A DNA stretch of 64,000 nucleotides, taken from assembly GCF_030144855.1 (NCBI RefSeq), contig NC_082718.1, positions 18,786,001-18,850,000 on the forward strand, written 5' to 3'. The notes below the pieces were generated by a model, which saw only the letters and a program-made list of their open reading frames with translations, was not told where the DNA came from and ran no database searches. The stretch is from Hypanus sabinus (lineage: Eukaryota). Positions 25,093 through 35,402 of this stretch are shown here, piece after piece (position 1 is the first letter of the stretch; each line of letters opens with the position of its first letter). A program made the position numbers and the translations under genes.

Positions 25093-25099
25093 ATAATGT

Positions 25100-25530
25100 A
25101 TCCACTTAAAGGTTCAACATGTGTTCAAATATACTTTTCTGCATATCTCTGTTGTAATGTGTGGTTATTTGTGTTACTGTCCCCTTTCCCTGAATCAGGC
25201 TGCTCATTCTCCTCTGACCTTTCTCATTGACAGGGTGTTTTCAACCACAGAACTGCTGTTAGCTGGATTTTTTTGTTTGCACCTTTCTTTGGAAACTCCA
25301 GAGACTTGTGCATGAAAATCCCAGTTTGGTACCAACAATTATTCCATGGTCAAAGTCACTTAGATTATATTTCTTTCCTATTTGGATGTTTGGTCTGAAC
25401 AACTGAACCCCTTGACCATGTCTGCGTGCTTTTATGCATTAGGTTGCTGCCACATGATTGGTTGAATTGGGAGATATTTGCATTAACAAGCAGGCGTACA
25501 GCTGAACCTAATAAAGTGAGCACTGAGTTT
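25100..25530 (-). mobile_element. Tc1-like DNA transposon deletion derivative (one TIR visible)
   Basis: Colinear with 41064-41548. Right end cctaataaagtgagcactgagtt|ta. Confidence 0.75.
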
Positions 25531-25679
25531 ATTTTAAGTAGCAGGAAGTACATTTCAGGGAGCTGAATTCTGTCCATCCTGCAAAACAATAAGATAATAA
25601 TGACCAAAAGGAAGAAGCAACCAAAACTTTTGTAAATAAAAAAATATAGATAAAATGGTAAAACTCTAAAATAAGCATT

Positions 25680-27160
25680 GAAGCCTTGGCAAGCAAGGTA
25701 AAGGAAAACCCCAAGGCACTCTACAAGTATGTGAAGAGCAAGAAGATAAAACGTGAGAGAATAGGACCAATCAAGTGTGACAGTGAAAATGTGTGGATGG
25801 AATCAGAGGAGATAGCAGAGGTACTTAATGAATACTTTGCTTCGGTATTCACTGCAGAAAAGGATTTTGGTGATTATAGGGATGATTTAGAGCAAATTGA
25901 AAAGCTTGAGCATACAGACATTAAGAAAGAGGATGTGCTGGAGCTTCTGGAAAGCATCAAGTTAGATAAGTCACCAGGACTGGACAGGATGTACCCCAGG
26001 CTACTGTGGGAGGTGAGGGAGGAGATTGCTGAGCCTCTGGCAATAATCTTTGCATCATTAATGGAGACAGGAGAGGTTCCGGAGGATTGGAGAGATGCAG
26101 ATGTTGTACTCTTATTCAAGAAAGGGAGTAGAGGTGCCTGGGAAATTATAGAGCAGTGAGTTTTACTTCAGTGGTTTGTAAGTTGATGGAAAAGATCCTG
26201 AGAGGCAGGATTTATGAACATTTGGAGAGGCATAATATGATTAGGAGTAGTCAGCATGGCTTTGTCAAAGGCAGATTGTGCCTTAGAAGCCTGATTGAAT
26301 TTTTTGAGGTTGTGACTAAGCATGTTGATGAAGTTAGAGCAGTAGATTTAGTGTATATGGATTTCTGCAAGACATTTGATAAGATACCCCATGCAAGGCT
26401 TATTGAGAAAGTAAGGAGGGATGGGATCCAAGGGGACATAGCTTTGTGGATCCAGAATTGGCTTACCCACAGAAGGCAAAGGGTGGTTGTAGATGGGTAG
26501 TATTCTTCATGGAGGTCGGTGATCAGTGGTGTGCCTCAGGAATCTGTTCTGGGAACCATACTCCTCGTGATTTTTATAAGTGACCTAGATAAGGAAATGG
26601 AGGGATGGGTTAGTAAATTTGCTGATGGCACCAAGGTTGGGGGTGTTGTGGATAGTGTGTAGGGCTGTCAGAGGTTACATCGGGACATTGATAGGATGCA
26701 AAACTGGGCTGAGAAGTGGCAGACAGAGTTCAACCCAGGTAAGTATGAAGTGATTCATTTTGGTAGGTCAAATATGATGGCAGACTATAGTATTAATGGT
26801 AAGACTCTTGGTATTGTGGAAGATCAGAGGGATCTTGGGGTCTGAGTCCATAGGACATTCAAAACAGCTGTGCAGGTTGACTCTGTGGTTAAGAAGACAT
26901 ATGGTGCATTGGCTTTCATCAACCGTGGGATTTTGTTTAAGAGCCAAGAGGTAATGTTACAGATATGTAGGACCCTGGTCAGACCCCACTTGGAGTAATG
27001 TGCTCAGTTCCGGTCACCTCACTACAGGAAGGATGTGGAAACTATAGAAAAGGTGCAAAAGAGATTTACAAGGATGTTGTCTGGATTGGGGAGCATGCCT
27101 TATGAGAATAGATTGAGTGAGCTCGGCCTTTTCTCCTTCGAGTGATGGAGGATGAGAGAT
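25680..27160 (+). mobile_element. CR1 LINE ORF2 (RT) pseudogene fragment
   Basis: KENPKALYKYVKSK...IGPIK...LNEYFASVFT...DKSPGLDRMYPRLL...VPEDWRDADV; SQHGFVKGRLCL...VYMDFCKTFDKIPH...WIQNWLTHRRQRVVVDG; downstream GVPQ and KFAD motifs with stops. Confidence 0.95.
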
Positions 27161-27164
27161 GGGC

Positions 27165-27450
27165 AGCATGGTCTTAGCCGGGGGCCTTTTGCAGCAGTGG
27201 TGCCTGGGTGCTAATGACAGGTGAAATGCACTGTTTAGACAACTTAAAGGCTGGCCCAGATTAGAGGAGAGAGCCAATTTTGCTTGCTCTCTGCAATTTT
27301 CACTCCTCTCACCAGGGCGCCCAAGACTTTCACTGTTCCATCCTTGGGTCAATTTAAATGCCAGCCCAGATAGACTGAAAAGCCAGGGTATCAGTCAGGA
27401 CAAGAGTTGATTTCACTCTTGTTCCAGGTTCCAGGTCCAGATAGAAAAAT
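27165..27450 (+). mobile_element. Fragment of unclassified non-coding repeat (family B)
   Basis: caatttaaatgccagcccagatagactgaaaagcc matches the reverse complement of about 52935-52975. The motif occurs twice internally. Confidence 0.55.
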
Positions 27451-27839
27451 ACTTTCAATTTTGGAATGTAACCTCTGTTGGGATACTTTGTCCAAATACA
27501 TCACATCTGCTGACCTTCTTATCTATTCTTGCCAACTATATCTTGAAATAATTTCATTAGATCAAATGTGAATTTTCATTGTCTAATCACAATATTTCAA
27601 AGTGTTTAACAACCATACACTTTATCATAAATTTTCAAGTGTTCTAATTTGGCAGTTTCCCTTTTGTCTTTCCCAACGTTTTATGTAGTGGAGTTATTCC
27701 GTTTTTGCCACTCTCCAAACTGAAGGAATTATTTCATAATCTGATTTTGGAAGATACTGAATGCATTCACACTTTTCCATGGCTACCTCTTTTAATAATT
27801 TGGGATGCAGGTGGTCAGGTGCTAGGGTTTAGAAAGAAA

Positions 27840-29435
27840 CTTAATAGAATCAATGAAAGACTACACACAACAAAACAGACAAGCAACCAATGTGAAAAAG
27901 ACAACTGTGCAAATACAGAAAATAAATAAATAAATAATCAATAGGGAACAAATATTGAGATTGTGAGATGAAGAGTCTTTGAAAGCGAGTCTATCGGTTG
28001 TAGAAAAAGTTCAGTGTTGGGTTATCCCCTCTGGTTCAAGAGCCTGATGCTTGAGGGATAATAACTGTACCTGAACTGGGTAGTGTTGGTTCTGAGGCCC
28101 CTGCAGCTGTGAGGAGGGAACATAGCCTGGCTGGTTGGGATCTTTGACATTGGATGCTGCTTTCCTGTGACAGCAATCCATTAGGATGTGCTCAATGGTG
28201 AGCAGGGCTTTACCCATGATGGCCTGAGCTTGTCCACTACTCTCTGTAGGATTTTCCATTCAAGGGCGTTGGCGCTTCTATACCAGACTATGATGCAGCT
28301 AGCCATTATACTCTCCACCACACATCTATAGAAGTGTGTCACAGTTTTAAATGATGTGCCAAATCTTTGCAAACTTTCAAGAAAGTAGAGGCACTGCTGT
28401 GCTTTCTTTGTAATTGCACTTACATGCTGGATCCAAGACAGATCCTCTGAAATAATAACACCGAGGAACTTAATGTTACTGACCCTCTGATCCACTGATG
28501 ACTGACTGACTCAAGGACCTCTGGTTTCCACTTCCACAGTCAGTAATCAGCTCCTTAGTCTTGCTGACTTTGAGTGAGAGATTGTTACGGTATCACTCAG
28601 CTGAATTTTCAGTCTCCTTCTTATATGTTGATTTGTCACCACCTTTGATTCAGCCAACAATTGTGGTGTCATCAACAAACTTAAACTTGGAATAATAGTT
28701 GTGTGCTTAGCTTCATAGTCATGTATAAAACGATTAGAGCAGGTGTCTAAGCACATGGCCTTGTGGTGCCCCTGTGCTGATGGTGGTTGTGGAGAAAATG
28801 TTATTGCCAATCCAAACTGATTGGGATCTGCAAGTGCGGAAATTGAGGATCCAGTGGAATCATGAGCTGTTGTCAATGAAGAGAATCCTGATGTATTTAC
28901 CTTCACTGTCCAGATGTTTCAGGGTTGAGTGAAGAGCCAATGAAATAGCATCTGTTGTTGAAGTGTTGTGACAATAGGCAAATTGGAGCAGATCCAAGTT
29001 GATCCTCAGGCAAGAGCTGAAATGTTTCATCACTAAGTTCCAAAGCGCTTCATCACCGTGGATGTAAGTGCTACTGGGTGATAGCCATTGAAGCTGGTTA
29101 CCATGTTCTTCTTGGGCACTGATATAATTGACACCTTCTGGTGGCAACCTCAGGCTGCCAAAGTGAAAGGCTAAAGGTATTAGTGAACACTCCAGCCAAT
29201 TTAATCAGGGGTCTTGGCCAGGTACCCTGTCTGGGCCTGATGTTTTCTGTGGGTTCACCCTCATGAGGGATGCTCTCGCAAGCCTCAGAGACTGAAATCA
29301 CAGGGTTCTTGGGGGCTGTGGGAATTCATGAAGCTGATTCCATGTTTTGATAGTGCAATCAAGCATAAAAGGCTTCGAGCTTATCTGGGAGTGAAACCTT
29401 GTTGCTACCTATGTCGCATGGTTTCACTTTGTAGG
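27840..29435 (-). mobile_element. Rex1/Babar LINE, 5'-truncated, degenerate
   Basis: NLDLLQFAYCHNTSTTDAISLALHSTLKHLDSEGKYIRILFIDNSS; KFLGVIISEDLSWIQHVSAITKKAQQCLYFLESLQRFG...FYRCVVESI...WY. Confidence 0.9.
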
Positions 29436-29983
29436 AGGTGCTGGCATTCAAGCCCTACCTCAGGGCTTGATCTGGCCACAGATTGGTTTCTGGCTTTGCC
29501 TTTAGCAACGTTTGCCTTGTCAATTCCAACAATTATCAGCACAGTCCTTAGTAGAATCATCATGCTTCCTCTGTCCTAATAATACAGTTTCAGAAGAGAA
29601 AAACAGGTGCTGGTGAAGGAGTGCCTGATGTCTCTCATGAATAAAGAATAGTGAAATGTGTCTGAGGTATGTGTGCTCAGGATACATAACCTGAGTTTTG
29701 TGAATGTCAGTGCATACACAACATGTGGTTAGTGATGTTGGTGGTCATGCAGTTATTAAAAAATTAGTTGAAACTTCTCTATGACCACTAATATAAAATT
29801 TTTCATTTTTGGTGACAGTAGAGCAATATTCTGATGTTATCCACCTCCAAACACATACATGCCACTTCAGTTATCACTTCTCTTCCTATGATTTCAGGAC
29901 GTGCCTCCTTTGCTTCCAAGAACATTTCCAGCTCTATTTCCGAAAGCCTGTGAGTTCTCCCCCTTGCTCTCTGAGCTGTTCTT

Positions 29984-29985
<2 letters not shown>

Positions 29986-30039
<54 letters not shown>
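29986..30039. repeat. (GT)27 microsatellite
   Basis: Perfect dinucleotide run read directly from the sequence. Confidence 0.98.
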
Positions 30040-30044
<5 letters not shown>

Positions 30045-32867
30045 CCATTGTCAGCTAGCCGTCGAAAACCACCTCTTCAGTGGTTATTAGCTGTAGTTCA
30101 TTAAAATTATTCTCCTTCATAATCAATTCTGAAAAATTATTTAATGACAGCTTTGTTAATAAATACTGTTCATTCTCTGACCTTCTGGCTTGACTATCCA
30201 ATATGAAATGTTTTATTTTCTCATGAGGATTAAATATTAATTCAAATCAGCATACTCTTTTTGAAGCTAAAGTAGACTGGCTCTGGTGGATTAATGACTG
30301 TAGTACAGTATTCACAGATCTGACAAACTATTATATTGGGGTTACTGTCATTTTTCTGTTACTGAATCAACCTATGAAAAAGATCTCATATTCTGCTCCT
30401 TGTCATCTACGCACTTGAGTCTGAGGAGATAAGCAAATTGTAGTTGCAAATGCAGGGAAAATAGCGTACTACCAGAAAAAAGAGATACCTGGAAGGCGGG
30501 ATATACAAATCAAAGGGGCCTTTATTAAGGTCATAAATTTTGTGGTTTTGCTTTGTCGTTCAGGATGATTTGAGGATATCATCAAGAATTTCCTGTGCTC
30601 ACAATACCAAAGAAAGTTATTGTTAATTATTTTGCTACTTGATCATTCCATAAAGCCACTTATGATTTTTTGTCATGCCCACAATGCATTGCTGCAATTA
30701 CTTAGCTAGTTAGGCCACAACACCCCTGTTTATGTGGTTTGGCACTCAGAATAGATGATTGGCCAAGCATCTGTGTTTACAGAAGTTAAGGGTTTATCAA
30801 AGATTAGGATGCAATTAAATGCAAAGTTATACATCCTCTGTAGACCCTAACTGTCGTAACAACTAAAAAGAATTTTATGCTGTGGCATAAAATATTTGAT
30901 ATGTGCAACCACAGGTGTTAAGTTAATGCTGAGTTACAGGAACCTATACTGGCTGAAAATAACTATCTTCACTTCCTTGCATCAAAAGATGGATAAGTAG
31001 TCTCCGTGAGTACAAGAATAGCTTTTAAGAAATATATGTAAAGCCGTATGACTTTTGGTGCACTGTTGTATCACCTGTGCAGAATTTGAAAGTTGATTGC
31101 TTACAATAACTGAAGTTTTGCTGGCAACTCTATCCTAGTTACTTGCCTTAGTGAAGAACAATACAAAAAGAGTCTACATGGTACAGTACTTGGTGAAGAA
31201 AGCATAATTCATTCTGAAATTTAAAAAGTATTGTCAAGTATCAGTAAATCATGCAGCGTCTATCAAAACAGAACTGATTTCAGATTAGTGCCTGTTCTTC
31301 AGAATTCTTTACGAGAATTTTTTTCTATTACTGAAACCTGCCACTGTGCACCAGAATAACATTGGAGAAGGGAAGCATCTTAATGCTCCACTCAGTCGTA
31401 TTCCAATAGAGAGAATTGTTGGCAGTTTAGAGTGGATTGTAAACACTTAAACTGGAGTGTTTATCGAACAATATCCACCACAAACCTTACTATAAACACT
31501 TATTGAATAAGAAGAAGGAAGCATACTTAAGGTTTGAGGAGCAAAAGTCACGCTGGACTCTTGGGAATTATAAAGTAGCCAGGAGTTTAAGAAAGGACTT
31601 GGGAGAGCTAGAAAGAAGCATGAGAAGACAGTGGTGAATAGGATTAAGAAAACCCCCGAGGGATTCTATATAATGTGTAGTACAGACAGGGCTGCTCAAG
31701 GACAAATGGAGAAACATGGAGGCAGAGGAGATAGGGCAGCTCTTTGCTTCAAAGGGAGAGGGAGAGGGACTTCGACAAATGTGAGATCAGCTTAGAAGAT
31801 TGTACTGTGCTGGAACATGCTGCAATTAATAAAGAAGCAGTGTTGAAGATTCTGAAGAACATTAGTCCCTGGGGCTGGACCAAATATACCCCAGGTTAGT
31901 GCAGGAAGAGAATGCCGGGGCTTGACATTGATCCTTGCCTCTCCCTTTGCCAGAAAACTAGTACACCATGATTGGAGGATGGTAAATATTGTTTCATTTT
32001 TTTCAACTAAGGTAATAGAAATAATCCTGGGAGTTATAAACTAATTTGCCTTTCATCAGTAGTGGGCAAAGTATTGGAGAAAATTCTTTGGGACAGAACT
32101 TAAGAGCATTTGGAGAAGTATAGTCTTGTTAGGTTTAAGCTAATCAGTATGTCTTGGCAAGGCTAATTTATTTTTTCAGAGAGGTGATAAAATAAATCGA
32201 TAAAAGTAGAGCAGTGAATGTGGTGCATATGGATTTTGAAAGGCATTTGGCAAAGTTCCCCATAGTAGGCTCATCCAGAAAGTCATGACGTGTAGAATCA
32301 ATGTAAACTTGGTTGCTTGGATTTGGAATTGGCTTGACCACAGAAGGCAGATGTGACTAGTTGTGTTCTGCAGGGATCTTTTCTGGGACCGCTATTCTTT
32401 GTGCTTTTTATAAATATCTTGGATAATGAATTGGAGGGGGGGTGGCTGGCGAGTTTGCAGATGAGACAATGGTTGGAGGGGTAGTGGATTGTCTAGAAGG
32501 TTGACTTAGATTACAGTGGGACATAGACAGGATGCAGAACTAGGCTGAGAAGTGGTAGATTAAGTTCAATACAGAGAAGCGTGAAGTGTCAAGCTTTGGA
32601 TGATCAAATTTGAAGGCAGAATGTGAATGACGGGATCCTTAGCAGTGTGGAGGAGAAGAAAGATCTTGGGGTACAAATCCATAGATTCCTCTAAGTTGCT
32701 GCACAAGTTGCGAGGGTGGTTAAAAAGGTGTATCAAATGCTGGCCTTCATCAGTTGATGGGGATGAAATGTAGAGCTGCGGGGTAATATTGCAGCTCTAA
32801 AACTCAGGTTAGACGATACTTATGTGTTCATTTCTGGTCATCTCTTTATAGGAAGGATATGGATATT

Positions 32868-34190
32868 TGGGTGGTAGGATGGAGATACGTCTCTACCAGA
32901 GGAGGTATAAGGTGTTCCTTCCCTCTGCTAGCCTGCAAGCGATCCTGTTTAGTTCATTGATCAGGGTCATATGAAGCCATGGTTGCAGATGGTGGATGGT
33001 CATATGAGCATCTGGTGCATATGCTCCTCCTTAAGTATATAAGTATATGGTTTCATTGCACTATTGTATTTTGCATTATTACTTTTTAATGCACATTTTG
33101 TATTTTATTTGTACTTCAATGCTTACATTTTGTATTTTAAAGTGTATACTTCCGATTGAGCAACCTTCCAACAATAATTTCCTTCAGGATAAACAAAGTT
33201 TTATCTTTTCTTATCACAAGTCCTGGTTATGCGACCGCTGATGTCAGGCAGACATTCTCTGAAAAGTATTGATAATGGCTGGGATCATCCATCTTGTAAA
33301 GACACTGCCCAGAAGAAGGCAATGGAAAGCACTTCTGTAGAAAAATTTGCCAAGAACGATCATGGTCATGATCAGAATCAGAAACAGAATCAGGTTTATT
33401 ATCACCAGCATGTGTCGTGAAATTTGTTAACTTAGCAGCAGCAGTTCAATGCAATACATGATAATATAGAAGAAGAAAAATAATAAATAAATAAATAAAT
33501 AAATCGATAACCATGTATGTATATTGAATAGATTAAAATTGTGCAAAAAACAGAAATAATATACATTTAAAAAGTGAGGTAGTGTTCTTGGGTTCAAATG
33601 TCCATTTAGGAATTGGATGGCAGAGGGGAAGAAGCTGAATGTGTGCTTTCAGGCTTCTATATCTCCTACCTGATGGTTCCAGTGAGAAAAGGGCATTTCC
33701 TGGGTGCTGAAGGTCCTTAATAATGGATGCTGCATTTCTGAGACACCGCTCTTTGAAGATGTCCTGGGTACTTTGTAGGCTAGTACCCAAGATGGAGCCA
33801 ACTAAATCTGCAGCTTCTTTCGGTCCCATGCAGTTGTCGTACCAAATCTCTTCAAACTCCTAATGAAATATAGACACTGTTTTGCCTTCTTTATAACTGC
33901 ATCAATATGTTGGGACCAGGTTAGATCCTCAGAGATCTTGACACCCAGATACTTGAAACTGTTCACTTTCTCCACTTCTGATCCCTCTATGAGGATTGGT
34001 ATGTGTTCTTTCGTCCTACCCATCCTGAGGTCCACAATCAGCTCTTTCGTCTTATTGACGTTGAGTGCCAGGTTGTTGCTGTGACACCATTCCACTAGTT
34101 GGCGTATCTTGCTCCTGTATGCCCTCATCTCCACCTGAGATTCTACCAACATGATCGCATATATCATATGACGCAGCACATAATGAATGA
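32868..34190 (+). mobile_element. Non-autonomous RTE-derived element, itself split twice
   Basis: 5' part at 32868-33021, middle at about 33214-33371 with gaaggcaatggaaagcact, 3' end at 34151-34190 ending taatgaatgaa. Flanked by degenerate repeats gaaggatatggatattt / gaaggacggaagcttt. Confidence 0.65.
33372..34150 (-). mobile_element. Rex1/Babar LINE 3' fragment
   Basis: AYRSKIRQLVEWCHSNNLALNVNKTKELIVDLR...FKYLGVKISEDLTWSQHIDAVIKKAKQCLYFIRSLKRFG; ERCLRNAASIIKD...PSGRRYRSLK; (TTCTGA)n tail at 33372-33392. Confidence 0.92.
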
Positions 34191-34664
34191 AGGACGGAAG
34201 CTTTAGGAAAATGTAGTAGAGATTTACCAGGAGGCTGTCTGGATAGAGAATATGTTTAAGGGGGATGGTTGAGTAAGCTAGGGCTTTTCTCTTTAATAAG
34301 AAAGAGGATGGGAGGTGACTTAATAGCGATGTATAAGATAATAAGAATAGACAGAATGGACAGCCAGCACGTTTTTCCCAGGCAGCAAAGGCCAATATCA
34401 CAGGACATCTTTTTAAGTTTTTGGGGAAATGTTAGAGTTAGGTTTTTTTGCACAGGTGGAGCCTGGAACGCAGTGCCAGGGTGGTAGCAGAGGCTGATAC
34501 AATAGTGGCATTTTAATATCTCTTAACCAGGTGCATGGAAGAAAAATAGAGTGTTAGGGGCTATGTAAGAGGAAAGAATTAGAAAGATCATGGAGTAGGT
34601 TTATAGTGGGTGGCATAATATCATGGGAAGGTCAACCTATACAGTATTTTCTATGTTCTATGTA

Positions 34665-35300
34665 GACCCACTGATTCTCACAACTATTGAATTTTCATCT
34701 ATCAGCACCCTATTGTACTCTTCCAGCTTTTCTGTTCCTGTCACTTTCCCCCTCAGTGTTTTTTTTCTCTTCATCCAAGGTTTCTGATCCACCATGGTGG
34801 ACAGGATCTGTTAATCTGTCCATTCCATTTTCCACATTTATGCTCAAACCCCTCAATTCCCCTTGGAATTGTAAAAGAGGGTCTCCCTACTTTTAACATA
34901 ACTCTTTGCCCTTTCTCTCATCGCCAAATTCATAATGCTATTCCTTCAGAATTCTGAAGAACATGTTCATCAAGAATAAGTGATTTGCTTGTCTCATTTA
35001 TGTTTGTGCAAGACTTATCCTTTGTTCTCTTACTTCCCCCAATATCACCCCCTTTTGTTATGATCATCATGACATTATTTTCCTGCCTTCCAACCTTTAG
35101 TTTCATGTGCCTCCTTTTTCTGCCTTTATATTTTGAAACCTGTTGTATTTCTAAATTTTTCCAATTCTGACAAAAGTTCATTAACCTGAATTATTAATTC
35201 CTATCTCCTTCCTCGATTGTCACTAGGTCTGCTGTTTAGCTTCACCATTATCTATTGTTTTTATTTTAGATTTCCAGCTACAGGAGTCTCCGTTTGTTTC
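34665..35300 (+). mobile_element. Ancient Penelope-like 3' remnant
   Basis: Pyrimidine-rich region ending ttctgacaaaagttcattaacctgaa...ttattttagatttccagc (PLE terminal unit). Confidence 0.5.
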
Positions 35301-35402
35301 AACCACTGTGTCTTCTCTTGCTCCACAATTTTGCTTCCTGCAAAGCTTGGAAATAGGCATTCTCAAGAAGCAATAAGACATAGTGGTTGTAAGCATTGAA
35401 GT

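Larger units (their letters stand above)
31510..34665 (+). mobile_element. CR1 LINE remnant split by nested insertions (segments about 31510-32867 and 34190-34665)
   Basis: attaagaaaacccccgagggattcta, tatggattttgaaaggcatttggcaaagttccc and tttgcagatgagaca (FAD) motifs. Sequence resumes at gaaggacggaagctttagg and ends in ttctatgttctatg. Confidence 0.85.

Noticed and set aside
24364-25094. 153-aa and 185-aa ORFs
   Set aside because: Antisense and shifted-frame readings of the Penelope coding region.
29803-30104. ORFs with HT/CV repeats
   Set aside because: Translation artefacts of the (GT)27 microsatellite.
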